Source of the DNA: Thiomicrospira sp.
GTDB taxonomy: Bacteria; Pseudomonadota; Gammaproteobacteria; Thiomicrospirales; Thiomicrospiraceae
DNA: 64,000 nucleotides
Assembly: GCF_014859555.1 (NCBI RefSeq)
Contig: NZ_JACUTY010000005.1
Coordinates: 1,462 to 65,461, forward strand
Direction: 5' to 3'
The position numbers were made by a program, and so were the translations under genes. The notes under the pieces were generated by a model that saw nothing but the letters and a program-made list of their open reading frames with translations, was not told where the DNA came from and ran no database searches. This document shows positions 1-9,619 of the stretch, piece after piece. The number at the start of each line of letters is the position of its first letter. Position 1 is the stretch's first letter.

Positions 1-136
1 AATACAAAACTTTTGATGCGGTGGCGTAGGGTATTTTCGGTTGAGTCGGCTTGTTCGCTCATGGCGTAATCTCTCAGCGGGCGTTGAAAAGTCTGCTAGT
101 ATAACCGACTTCGTGGACGCTTTACAGGAGAGGGGT

Positions 137-1222
137 TTGAGCTTTGCAGCACGTTTATTAGCTTGGTTTGATGTGCATGGCCGTCACGATTTGCCTTGGC
201 AGCATCCGCGTTCGCCTTATCAGGTTTGGGTGTCGGAAATTATGTTGCAGCAAACCCAGGTGCAGACGGTGATTCCATACTTCGAACGTTTTATGCAGCG
301 CTTTCCTGATATTAAGGCGTTGGCGTTGGCAGAGCAGGATGAGGTTTTGGCGCATTGGGCTGGGCTGGGTTATTACGCACGTGGACGAAATTTGCACAAA
401 GCGGCTCAGATTATTGACACCCAGCATGGCGGCGAGTTTCCTGATGAATTTGAGGCGATTATAGCGTTGCCGGGAATTGGACGTTCGACCGCTGGGGCGA
501 TTTTGTCGCAGGCATTTGAGCAACGTTATGCGATTTTGGATGGCAATGTAAAGCGTGTGTTAACGCGTTATGCGGCGATTGAAGGTTGGCCGGGCCATAA
601 AAAGCTCGAAACTAAATTATGGCAATTAGCCGAAGACTTAACCCCGCCAACCCGTTTTGCCGATTACACTCAGGCGATTATGGATTTAGGCGCGACCTTA
701 TGCAAAAGAACCAGGCCCGGTTGTGATCAATGCCCGCTTAAACAGGATTGCCAAGCTTATCAAGCCGGGCGCGCCGCCGAGTTCCCTTATTCTAAGCCTA
801 AAAACCCCAAACCCATTCGCCAGGCCTGGTTTTTATTATTGTTAAACACGGATGGAAAAATCGCTTTGATACAACGCCCAAACAGCGGTATTTGGGGCGG
901 TTTGTATAGTTTGCCGGAGTTTGATTCTTTCGATGCGTTAAGCTTGGCTGGGGTGGATTTGAATAGTCTGGTAAAATGGTCGGGTATTCGGCACAGTTTT
1001 AGTCATTATCATTTAGATATGATGCCAGTGTGTGCGTTAAGTGCGCCGACTGTGGCCGAACCAAGCGAACCTTATAATTGGTTAACGATAGAAGAGGCTT
1101 TAAAAGTCGGGCTTCCGGCACCGATTAAAACCTTATTACAACGTGCATTAAATCAAACAGATGTAGAAACAAAACCTTTTGGAGGTATCTATGACAAGAC
1201 AAGTACATTGCGCAAAATTTAA
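137..1222 (+). CDS. mutY: A/G-specific adenine DNA glycosylase
   Basis: Motifs [10 protein letters not shown], Hh[20 protein letters not shown] and 4Fe-4S C-x6-C-x2-C-x5-C. Likely TTG start at 137 after AGGAG (ORF track opens at 41). Confidence 0.95.
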   Translation: MSFAARLLAWFDVHGRHDLPWQHPRSPYQVWVSEIMLQQTQVQTVIPYFERFMQRFPDIKALALAEQDEVLAHWAGLGYYARGRNLHKAAQIIDTQHGGEFPDEFEAIIALPGIGRSTAGAILSQAFEQRYAILDGNVKRVLTRYAAIEGWPGHKKLETKLWQLAEDLTPPTRFADYTQAIMDLGATLCKRTRPGCDQCPLKQDCQAYQAGRAAEFPYSKPKNPKPIRQAWFLLLLNTDGKIALIQRPNSGIWGGLYSLPEFDSFDALSLAGVDLNSLVKWSGIRHSFSHYHLDMMPVCALSAPTVAEPSEPYNWLTIEEALKVGLPAPIKTLLQRALNQTDVETKPFGGIYDKTSTLRKI

Positions 1223-1460
1223 CGAAGATATGGAAGGCTTGGACTTTTCGCCTTTTCCGGGTGAGCTGGGTAAACGTGTTTACGAGAGCGTTTCTAAAGA
1301 AGCTTGGAAACAATGGTTAAGCCAACAGACGATTTTGATAAATGAATACCGTTTATCCAGTTTAGATCCGAAAGCGCGGTCGTTTCTGCAAGAAGAGATG
1401 CAAAAGTTCTTATTTGGTGATGAGGATATTGACATGCCGGACGAATTTAAGCCGGTTTAA
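1191..1460 (+). CDS. yggX: Fe(II)-trafficking / oxidative damage protection protein
   Basis: [10 protein letters not shown]...[17 protein letters not shown] family signature; GGAGG RBS at 1181; canonical mutY-yggX synteny. Confidence 0.93.
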   Translation: MTRQVHCAKFNEDMEGLDFSPFPGELGKRVYESVSKEAWKQWLSQQTILINEYRLSSLDPKARSFLQEEMQKFLFGDEDIDMPDEFKPV

Positions 1461-1503
1461 GCCTTTATATGCAGCAAAATTAGAATTTTTAGGCAATAGA
1501 GTT

Positions 1504-1512
1504 TGTTATAAT
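1504..1512 (+). promoter_or_regulatory. Extended -10 sigma70 promoter element (TGTTATAAT)
   Basis: Perfect TGnTATAAT ending about 32 nt upstream of the EAL/HDOD start codon. Confidence 0.6.
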
Positions 1513-1544
1513 GAATTCCAATTGTCTGTTTTTGTAGTTAATAA

Positions 1545-2759
1545 ATGTCTAAATTGATCGATATCTTTGTTGGGCGTCAGCCAGTCTTTAATGGTCAACT
1601 GCAACTATTTGCTTATGAATTGCTTTTTCGCACCAATAGTGAAGACAATCATGCCGTAATTGTCGGCGGTGATAGCGCGTCCGCCCAGGTCATGCTGAAT
1701 ACCTTTGGTGACATAGGTATTAAAGACGTGGCAGGTGATCATAAAGTATTTATTAACTTCACCGAAGGCTTGCTGCTACGCGAATATCAACCCTTCTTCC
1801 CTAAAAGTCAGGTTATTATTGAGATCCTAGAGGATGTTAATGTAACGCCGACTCTGCTTAAAGCTATTCAAAAACTGCGTGATAAAGGCTATACCATCGC
1901 CTTAGATGACTATGTGTTTAACCCCAAACTTGAACCGCTGGAAGCCTTAGCCGATATTATAAAAGTTGATATTCTCGAAGTTGGTCCCAAACAAATGTTG
2001 GAGCACGTGCAGCGTTTGAAGGACAAGGGTGTGCGTTTACTCGCCGAAAGGGTCGAAACCCGCGAACAGTACGATTTTTGTAAAAAAATTGGCTTTGATT
2101 ATTTCCAAGGTTACTTTTTTGCCAAGCCGGTGATTATTAAAGGTCAGCGTTTACCGACTAACAAAGCCAGTGTATTAGAGCTGTTATCGAACGTTTACGA
2201 TCCCAATGTGGATATGGTAAAACTCAGTCATATCATTGCAAAAGATGTATCGTTAAGCCAAAAACTACTGCGATTTTTAGCCCAAGATGGCGTGGCTGGT
2301 AAGACAAAAATCACCTCGATTCACGATGCGGTATTACGTTTTGGTTTAGAGCGTTTAAAGAGTTGGGCGGGCATGTTGGTTTTGTCGGGTATGGACGATA
2401 AACCGGATGAGTTATTTCATACCTCTTTAACCCGCGCTAAGTTTTGTGAACTGGTGGCTGAACGTTTAAAAGACGCACCAAAAGAGCTGTATTTTACAGT
2501 TGGATTGTTTTCAACTTTAGACGCGGTAATGGATTTAGACTTGCCCAGCTTGTTGGGCAAGTTGAGTTTAGATGAGTTAATTGTAGCGGCATTGATGGGT
2601 GAAGAAAATCCACCAGGCCTGGTGCTAAAAGCCGCCAGAAGTTTAGAGCAAGGTTCGACCCGTTTTAAATTGCCGGGTGATTTGACGCCGACTGAATTAT
2701 CGAACCTTTATTTGCAAGCAATGCAGTATACGCAAAGCGTGAACTTGTTGCCTTTATAA
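1545..2759 (+). CDS. EAL + HDOD domain protein (YuxH-like c-di-GMP phosphodiesterase family)
   Basis: FVGRQP, AYELLFR, EILE, ALDDY, LAERVE and FQGYFF motifs, followed by an HDOD-like region (DVSLSQKLLR, LFSTLDA). Confidence 0.88.
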   Translation: MSKLIDIFVGRQPVFNGQLQLFAYELLFRTNSEDNHAVIVGGDSASAQVMLNTFGDIGIKDVAGDHKVFINFTEGLLLREYQPFFPKSQVIIEILEDVNVTPTLLKAIQKLRDKGYTIALDDYVFNPKLEPLEALADIIKVDILEVGPKQMLEHVQRLKDKGVRLLAERVETREQYDFCKKIGFDYFQGYFFAKPVIIKGQRLPTNKASVLELLSNVYDPNVDMVKLSHIIAKDVSLSQKLLRFLAQDGVAGKTKITSIHDAVLRFGLERLKSWAGMLVLSGMDDKPDELFHTSLTRAKFCELVAERLKDAPKELYFTVGLFSTLDAVMDLDLPSLLGKLSLDELIVAALMGEENPPGLVLKAARSLEQGSTRFKLPGDLTPTELSNLYLQAMQYTQSVNLLPL

Positions 2760-2794
2760 GCTTTAATAAGAAGGCTTTATTTGATTTCATGTAC

Positions 2795-2823
2795 AAAAAA
2801 ACCACCGTGAAGGTGGTTTTTTT
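2795..2823. terminator. Bidirectional intrinsic terminator
   Basis: A7-CCACC-gtgaa-GGTGG-T7 between convergent EAL/HDOD and hemE genes. Confidence 0.85.
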
Positions 2824-2843
2824 GTTGTTAGCGTATGCGTTTA

Positions 2844-3908
2844 TTAAACGTGGTATTTAGGGCTTAACTCAACCACGGCTTCAATAAAGGCACCGGCATG
2901 TTCCGGTTTCACTTCTGGGTGAATACCGTGACCTAGGTTAAAGATATGGCCTGAACCTTGGCCATACTTTTCTAAAATATACTCGACTTCTTGGCGAATA
3001 CGTTCAGGTGATGCATATAACATGCTTGGGTCCATGTTGCCTTGAATCGCGACGCGATCACCAACACGACGACGAGCATCATCAATATCGGTTGTCCAAT
3101 CCAAACCAAGTGCATCCGCACCGGTATCGGCCATAGCCTCTAGCCATTGGCCGCCACCTTTGGTGAATAGAATAACCGGCACTTTAACGCCGTTATGTTC
3201 ACGTTTTAAGCCGTCAACAATCTTCGCCATGTAGTTTAGTGAGAATTCTTTATAGTCACGTGGCGTTAATACGCCGCCCCAAGTGTCAAAAATTTGCACA
3301 GCTTGCGCGCCGGCTTCAATTTGGGCGTTTAGGTATTCAATTACCGAGTCAGCCAATATATCCAAAATATGGTGCAAGGTTGCTGGCTGGTCGTACATCA
3401 TAGCTTTAATGATGGAAAAGGTTTTGCTTGAGCTGCCTTCAACCATATAGGTGGCCAAGGTCCAAGGACTGCCAGAGAAACCAATTAAAGGCACGCGACC
3501 GTTTAGGGCTTTACGAATCGTACTGACCGCGTTCATGACATAACCCAAATCTGAGCCCATATCCGGTACATAAAGTTTTTTAGCATCCGCCATTGAGCGG
3601 ATAGGTTTGTCAAAGACGGGGCCTTCGCCCGTCGCAAAACGTAATCCTAGCCCCATCGCATCCGGAATGGTTAAGATGTCTGAAAACAAAATCGCTGCAT
3701 CAAGAGGAAAACGCTCTAACGGTTGCAAGGTGACCTCACAAGCGAACTCTGCATTACGGCACAAATCCATAAACGAACCAGCTTGTGCACGGGTCGCGCG
3801 ATATTCTGGTAGGTAGCGACCCGCTTGGCGCATCATCCATACAGGCGTGCGGTCAACAGGCTGGCGCATTAAAGCGCGTAAGAAACGGTCGTTTTGTAAT
3901 GCAGACAT
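2844..3908 (-). CDS. hemE: Uroporphyrinogen decarboxylase
   Basis: [23 protein letters not shown] and HIFNLGHG motifs. Confidence 0.97.
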   Translation of the reverse strand: MSALQNDRFLRALMRQPVDRTPVWMMRQAGRYLPEYRATRAQAGSFMDLCRNAEFACEVTLQPLERFPLDAAILFSDILTIPDAMGLGLRFATGEGPVFDKPIRSMADAKKLYVPDMGSDLGYVMNAVSTIRKALNGRVPLIGFSGSPWTLATYMVEGSSSKTFSIIKAMMYDQPATLHHILDILADSVIEYLNAQIEAGAQAVQIFDTWGGVLTPRDYKEFSLNYMAKIVDGLKREHNGVKVPVILFTKGGGQWLEAMADTGADALGLDWTTDIDDARRRVGDRVAIQGNMDPSMLYASPERIRQEVEYILEKYGQGSGHIFNLGHGIHPEVKPEHAGAFIEAVVELSPKYHV

Positions 3909-3996
3909 GAAAAGAACCTTTGTGAAAACAAAAACCGTATTCTACCGACAAAGCACGAGGCTGTCATCTTTGCTGTTGTGTTAGGTGAGGGTTTGC

Positions 3997-4018
3997 CAAC
4001 CACCAGGCCTGGTGGTTG
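3997..4018. repeat. 22-bp perfect palindrome CAACCACCAGGCCTGGTGGTTG (long intergenic copy of the iterated palindrome)
   Basis: Read directly; lies 15 nt past the thermonuclease stop codon. Confidence 0.95.
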
Positions 4019-4032
4019 AGTTATTTATGCGA

Positions 4033-4842
4033 TTAAGGTTGATATGGATTAAGTTTGTCGATCATGTTGGGATGGGAAATCACCACGTACATCGCGCCTT
4101 GGTAGGCAAAGCCATAACCACGCACTTCGATAGTTTGGCCTTTTAAGGCTTCTACGTCACGATAATTAAAGTTCGGCCAATCTTCACGTTTAACCCTAAT
4201 ACCGGTGGTGTCTAGGTTAATAATGATGTTGTTACGGCTTTGCGATACCTGTCGAACTTCACCACGGATAATACGAAACCCTAAATCGACATCCGAAAGC
4301 TGACTGCTCAGGGCGACCGGAAACTTGAGTTCGGGTTGATTCACACTTAAACGCCAAATACCACGGTTAGCCTGTCGGGCGCGTTGTTCGGCACGGAAAT
4401 AGCATTCTTGGTATTTTAAATTGGGTGGATTGGTTTCCACCATGCCTAAGCCATTTTCTAGCAACAGTTCATTAACATTGCGGCCATCTTCTAAAAATAA
4501 ATGCGCCACCACTCGACCAAAGCCATCCATTCGCTGTTGGTCAAACTCTATTCCAATTTTGCGGTCGTTATTGGCCAAGATACGATTTAGGAAAGTAAGT
4601 GATTCGCGTGATAATGGTCGCGGCGGGTCTGTTCGTTTGCTGAGATCACCCATTTCAGGGGCATAAACACCGGCCATAATATATTGGCGACTGCCAACGA
4701 TGACGACATTTCCGGCTTGGGCAATGCGGGCCTTTTCCCAGTTGTCGATATTAGTTGGCCCACAATTTTGTGCATGTACCGAACTCAACCACAGGGTGCT
4801 TAAAAGAAATAGAAGGCTAAAAAGGCTGGAGTGTTTTTTCAT
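4033..4842 (-). CDS. Secreted thermonuclease (SNase) family protein with C-terminal OB-like region; catalytic residues appear degenerate
   Basis: Signal peptide (SSVHA); GVYAPE, DGFGR, NVNELLLENGL and AEQRARQANRGIW match the SNase fold. Confidence 0.75.
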   Translation of the reverse strand: MKKHSSLFSLLFLLSTLWLSSVHAQNCGPTNIDNWEKARIAQAGNVVIVGSRQYIMAGVYAPEMGDLSKRTDPPRPLSRESLTFLNRILANNDRKIGIEFDQQRMDGFGRVVAHLFLEDGRNVNELLLENGLGMVETNPPNLKYQECYFRAEQRARQANRGIWRLSVNQPELKFPVALSSQLSDVDLGFRIIRGEVRQVSQSRNNIIINLDTTGIRVKREDWPNFNYRDVEALKGQTIEVRGYGFAYQGAMYVVISHPNMIDKLNPYQP

Positions 4843-4907
4843 GATGGGTTCATTCTAAAACAAGCGACGCCTAACCGCAATCGAATGCCGTGTTGGGCGC
4901 AAACAAA

Positions 4908-4931
4908 AAAGCCACATAAAAATGTGGCTTT
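4908..4931 (-). terminator. Intrinsic terminator of rpmE
   Basis: AAAGCCACAT-aaaa-ATGTGGCTTT stem with a U-tract on the minus strand. Confidence 0.75.
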
Positions 4932-4968
4932 AAAGACGCGTTTGACCGCGATAGGTAAAAACCTGATC

Positions 4969-5220
4969 TTACTTGCGAAGTGAACCGTATTTTTGACGGA
5001 ACTTCTCAACACGACCTTCGGTGTCAACCAGTGTCTGCTTACCAGTATAAAACGGGTGAGAAGCACTTGATACTTCAACACGAACCAGCGGATAGTCTTT
5101 ACCGTCTAGAGTGATTGTATCGCCAGAAGTTTTCATGGTTGAACGAGTCATAAATGTCTCACCAGTTGAGATGTCCTGGAAGACGACTTCGTTATATTCT
5201 GGATGAATGTCTGCTTTCAT
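4969..5220 (-). CDS. rpmE: 50S ribosomal protein L31, type B (no Zn-binding cysteines)
   Basis: MKADIHPEY...[12 protein letters not shown]...GRVEKF; 83 aa with no Cys. Confidence 0.95.
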   Translation of the reverse strand: MKADIHPEYNEVVFQDISTGETFMTRSTMKTSGDTITLDGKDYPLVRVEVSSASHPFYTGKQTLVDTEGRVEKFRQKYGSLRK

Positions 5221-5316
5221 AATGACGGTCCAAATTAATAGGGGTTAAAATTTAAAGACGAGATTTTAACAGAGAAAAAGTTAAAATCAAGTCATGTTTC
5301 TGATTTATCTAATAAA

Positions 5317-6576
5317 CTAGCGTTTCATCGACTCAAATAAAGCCGTGTTGGTTTTGCTCACTTTCATTTGATCAATCAGGGTTTCAATGGCTTCAACTTC
5401 GTTCATGCTGTGCAAGAAGCGACGTAGAATCCAAATGTTCTGAAGTTCTTCCGGTGTGGTTAGGAGTTCTTCTTTACGTGTGCCGGACTTGGTAATGTTA
5501 ATCGCAGGGAAAGTACGTTTTTCAGCAATATGGCGCGACAAATGAAGCTCCATGTTACCCGTGCCTTTAAATTCTTCGAAAATAACTTCGTCCATTTTAG
5601 AACCAGTATCAACCAATGCCGTTGCAATAATGGTTAATGAACCACCTTCTTCAATGTTACGCGCCGCACCAAAGAAACGTTTTGGACGATGTAATGCATT
5701 TGCATCCACACCACCGGTTAAAATTTTGCCAGAGGCCGGAACCACAGTGTTATAAGCACGCGCTAAACGTGTAATTGAGTCCAGCAAAATCACCACGTCG
5801 GTTTTGTGTTCGACTAGGCGTTTGGCTTTTTCAATCACCATTTCAGCAACTTGTACGTGACGGGCGGCCGGTTCATCAAAGGTGGACGCAATCACTTCAC
5901 CTTTAACGGTACGCTGCATTTCAGTTACTTCTTCCGGACGTTCATCAATCAATAACACGATTAAATAACACTCCGGATAATTTTCGGCAATCGATTGCGC
6001 CAAACCTTGCAGAATAACGGTTTTACCCGATTTAGGCGGCGCGACGATTAAGCCACGTTGGCCTTTACCAATTGGTGAGGCCATATCGATAATACGTGGG
6101 GTAATGTCTTCGGTACTACCGTTACCAATTTCCATACGCATACGGCTGTCGGCATGCAAAGGCGTGAGGTTTTCAAAGGCAATTTTTTTGCGCGCGACTT
6201 CCGGGTCTTCAAAGTTGACGCGATCCACTTTGAGCAGGGCAAAATAACGTTCGCCTTCTTTAGGTGGACGAATTTTGCCTTGAACCGTATCACCAGTGCG
6301 TAAGCCAAAACGGCGAATTTGGCTAGGTGAGACGTAAAGGTCATCTGGGCCAGCCAAATAAGAGCCATCTCCAGAACGCAGGAAGCCGAAGCCATCCGGC
6401 AGAATTTCAAGTACGCCTTCACCAAAAATATCTTCACCTTTTTGCGCGTGGCCTTTTAATATGGCGAAGATAATATCTTGTTTACGCTGACGAGCAAGAT
6501 TGCTATCCAACCCCATTTCGCTAACGAGTTCGATAAGTGAAGCGGCTGATTGTTTTTTTAAGTCGTTTAGATTCAT
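5317..6576 (-). CDS. rho: Transcription termination factor Rho
   Basis: [10 protein letters not shown], Walker [19 protein letters not shown]; 419 aa. Confidence 0.98.
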   Translation of the reverse strand: MNLNDLKKQSAASLIELVSEMGLDSNLARQRKQDIIFAILKGHAQKGEDIFGEGVLEILPDGFGFLRSGDGSYLAGPDDLYVSPSQIRRFGLRTGDTVQGKIRPPKEGERYFALLKVDRVNFEDPEVARKKIAFENLTPLHADSRMRMEIGNGSTEDITPRIIDMASPIGKGQRGLIVAPPKSGKTVILQGLAQSIAENYPECYLIVLLIDERPEEVTEMQRTVKGEVIASTFDEPAARHVQVAEMVIEKAKRLVEHKTDVVILLDSITRLARAYNTVVPASGKILTGGVDANALHRPKRFFGAARNIEEGGSLTIIATALVDTGSKMDEVIFEEFKGTGNMELHLSRHIAEKRTFPAINITKSGTRKEELLTTPEELQNIWILRRFLHSMNEVEAIETLIDQMKVSKTNTALFESMKR

Positions 6577-6661
6577 AGTGCTTTTTGGTGTTTAATTATT
6601 TAATGAATGGCCTGTTAAGGCGGGTTTGAAATTCTGATTGGGAACGTTGACTGGAGTGATA

Positions 6662-6685
6662 CGCGCTGAAGTTGCGTTCAGCGCG
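6662..6685 (-). other. GC-rich hairpin in the trxA-rho intergenic leader
   Basis: CGCGCTGAA-gttgcg-TTCAGCGCG, a perfect 9-bp stem. Confidence 0.6.
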
Positions 6686-6695
6686 CGAAACGAGT

Positions 6696-7022
6696 TTACA
6701 GATTGTTATCCAAGAAAGTGCAAAGCTGTGATTTAGACAGTGCACCTACTTGAGTAGAGTCTACTTCGCCGTTTTTGAACAACATAAGTGTTGGAATACC
6801 GCGCACACCAAATTGTGGTGGCGTTGATGGGTTTTCATCAATGTTCAATTTTACGATTTTAAGTTTACCATCGTAATCGCCAGCCACTTCATCAAGAATT
6901 GGCGCGATCATTTTGCAAGGACCACACCATTCGGCCCAAAAATCGACCAAAACAGGTAGTTCAGACTTTAAAACTTCGGCTTCGAAGTTGGCATCAGATG
7001 TCGCAATAATTTTGTTACTCAT
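6696..7022 (-). CDS. trxA: Thioredoxin 1
   Basis: WCGPC active site; trxA-rho synteny. Confidence 0.97.
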   Translation of the reverse strand: MSNKIIATSDANFEAEVLKSELPVLVDFWAEWCGPCKMIAPILDEVAGDYDGKLKIVKLNIDENPSTPPQFGVRGIPTLMLFKNGEVDSTQVGALSKSQLCTFLDNNL

Positions 7023-7397
7023 AGGTAACTCCTTATAATTTTATTTTTTTGGTACGAATAACCATTCTGAATGTGATCAGTGTGTGAGGGGATTCGTACG
7101 GAAAGTGTTCATTGAAACGAAGAGCAGTGGTTTTTCACTATTTTTTAGCTACTCTATTCACACTGTGATTCGGGGGCTATATTGTGCCCTGACAAAACAT
7201 TTTGACAATTATTACACTAGGTATGTAGGATTTGCAAGTTAATTTTTCAATTTGGTCTAATTTTTAATGCATTTTCCCTTTTGGTCATTTTTATCGTAGC
7301 ATAACGCACCGATAGGTTTTGCAGCACAAGAACACACAATCGAGGTGCTCAATCCTGTCAATCCACGCACATTATTAGGTTAAAGCAATCAACGCCC

Positions 7398-9596
7398 ATG
7401 GATATTACATTTATATTAAACGACTTAAACGATGCGCAACGTGAAGCGGTAACTTTAGAAGAACGCCACGCGTTAATTTTGGCCGGTGCGGGCAGTGGTA
7501 AAACACGCGTATTGGTGCATCGCATCGCTTGGTTAACCGAAGTGATGAAATTGTCGCCGTTTAATATTCTAGCCGTCACCTTTACTAATAAAGCCGCACG
7601 TGAGATGCGGGGCCGAATGGAACAGTTAATTGGTCACCAAGCCCAGGGCGTGACCATGGGAACCTTCCACGGTATTGCTTATCGCTTATTACGCCAGCAT
7701 TATGAAGCCGCCGGCTTACCGCAAAGTTTTCAAATTTTAGATTCGGATGATCAAAAGCGTTTAGTTAAACGTTTATTAAAGGCGATGGAGCTGGATGAAA
7801 CTCAGTGGCCGGTCAAACAAGTGCAAGCTTATATTAATGGTGAAAAAGAAGAAGGGCGTCGTCCGCATCATATTGACCCGGGTCACAATCCGTTTGTAAA
7901 AAAAATGCTGCAAATTTACCAAGCTTACGAACAACAGTGTCAAAAAGCAGGCCTGGTGGATTTCGCCGAGCTGTTGTTGCGTGCGCATGAACTCTGGCTG
8001 AAACGCCCTGAGATTCTGAGTTTTTATCAAGCACGTTATAAACACATCTTGGTGGACGAGTTCCAAGATACCAATAGCTTGCAGTATGCCTGGTTGCGTG
8101 TGTTGGCGGGCGCCACGGGCAAGTTGTTTGTGGTGGGTGACGATGACCAGTCTATTTATGGTTGGCGTGGCGCAAAAATCGAAAACATTCGATTGTTTGA
8201 GCAGGAGTTTGCCGATGTTAAAACCGTGCGTTTGGAACAAAATTATCGTTCCACCGGGCGTATTCTGAAAGCCGCCAACCATATTATTGCGTTTAACACC
8301 GAACGTATGGGCAAAGAGCTTTGGAGCGCGGGCGAAGATGGCGACCCTATTCGTATCTATGAATCTTTTAACGAATATGACGAAGCCAACTATGTGATCA
8401 GCCAAGCCAAAGCGTGGGTTGAGCAGGGTGGCGAGCGTTCTGATGTCGCGATCTTGTATCGTTCCAACGCACAATCGCGCGTGTTTGAGCAGGCGTTGAT
8501 TCAAGCCGAAATGCCTTATCGAATTTATGGCGGTTTGCGGTTTTATGATCGTGCTGAAGTCAAAGACGTATTGGCTTATTTGCGTTTATTGGTAAACCGC
8601 GATGACGATGCGTCGTTTGAACGGGTTTATAACCAACCCACGCGTGGCTTAGGCGAAAAAACCATGCAAACCGTGCGTGACTTAGCACGTGATTTGGGTT
8701 TGTCTTTATGGGATGCGGCCAAGGTTCAATTGGAATCCGGTTTAACTGCACGCGCGAAAGGAGCATTGAGTGGCTTTTTGGATTTAGTCGAGCAGTTGCA
8801 AATAGATACCCAAGGTAAAAGTTTACAAGATCAAGTAATGATGGTGATTTCACGTTCTGGGCTGCAAACGCATTTTGAAAAAGACCGCTCAGAACAAGGC
8901 CAAGCCCGGGTCGAAAACTTGGATGAACTGATTAATGCGGCCAGTGGCTTTGATAAAGCCCCGCCCGCCGAGAAAAACCCCAATCCCGATGATTTAGACG
9001 CGGCGATTAGCGATAATCCATTATTAAACTTTTTAGCTCAAGCAACCTTGGAAGCCGGAGATAATCAGGCCGAAGCTTGGGAGTCGGCGATACAGCTAAT
9101 GACCTTACATTCGGCCAAGGGTTTGGAGTTTCCACTGGTCTTTATGGTCGGGCTGGAAGAAGGTTTGTTCCCGTCTAAACCCTCGTTTGACGATCCGCTT
9201 CGGCTTGAAGAAGAACGTCGCCTAGCTTATGTCGGCATTACGCGTGCTGAACAAAAGCTGGTAATGACTTATGCTTTGCGCCGACGTTTGCACGGTACAG
9301 AAATTTACGCCGGGCCATCGCGTTTTCTAAAAGAGTTGCCGGAGGATTGTTTGGATTGGGTGCGGATGACTGGCCAAGTACAAACCGCGCGTGATTGGGC
9401 GTCGTCGAGTAGCCAAAAAACTCAGCATAACGAAGCTGGTTTTGTGATGGGGCAGCGTGTGTTTCATCAAAAATTTGGTGAAGGCACCGTATTGGCGACC
9501 GAAGGCTCGGGTGATCATGCACGTATTCAGGTTAATTTTAAACACGCGGGCTCTAAGTGGTTGGTTAAGGCTTACGCCAACTTGGAGACGGTTTAA
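7398..9596 (+). CDS. uvrD: DNA helicase II
   Basis: AGAGSGKT, DEFQDTN, VGDDDQSIY, MTLHSAKGLEF and EERRLAYVGITRA motifs plus C-terminal Tudor-like domain. Confidence 0.96.
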   Translation: MDITFILNDLNDAQREAVTLEERHALILAGAGSGKTRVLVHRIAWLTEVMKLSPFNILAVTFTNKAAREMRGRMEQLIGHQAQGVTMGTFHGIAYRLLRQHYEAAGLPQSFQILDSDDQKRLVKRLLKAMELDETQWPVKQVQAYINGEKEEGRRPHHIDPGHNPFVKKMLQIYQAYEQQCQKAGLVDFAELLLRAHELWLKRPEILSFYQARYKHILVDEFQDTNSLQYAWLRVLAGATGKLFVVGDDDQSIYGWRGAKIENIRLFEQEFADVKTVRLEQNYRSTGRILKAANHIIAFNTERMGKELWSAGEDGDPIRIYESFNEYDEANYVISQAKAWVEQGGERSDVAILYRSNAQSRVFEQALIQAEMPYRIYGGLRFYDRAEVKDVLAYLRLLVNRDDDASFERVYNQPTRGLGEKTMQTVRDLARDLGLSLWDAAKVQLESGLTARAKGALSGFLDLVEQLQIDTQGKSLQDQVMMVISRSGLQTHFEKDRSEQGQARVENLDELINAASGFDKAPPAEKNPNPDDLDAAISDNPLLNFLAQATLEAGDNQAEAWESAIQLMTLHSAKGLEFPLVFMVGLEEGLFPSKPSFDDPLRLEEERRLAYVGITRAEQKLVMTYALRRRLHGTEIYAGPSRFLKELPEDCLDWVRMTGQVQTARDWASSSSQKTQHNEAGFVMGQRVFHQKFGEGTVLATEGSGDHARIQVNFKHAGSKWLVKAYANLETV

Positions 9597-9619
9597 AACG
9601 GGTGCAATTGAACGCGAGA

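Noticed and set aside
1191-1222. 32-nt overlap of the mutY 3' end with yggX
   Set aside because: Short overlaps at this conserved gene pair are ordinary; the tail is low-information.
7060-7180. Possible structured RNA upstream of trxA (CAGTGTG...CACACTG pairing)
   Set aside because: Pairing is short and interrupted; no recognisable ncRNA or riboswitch motif.
7776-8504. 242-aa antisense ORF inside uvrD
   Set aside because: Shadow frame of a conserved gene; no motifs and no RBS.
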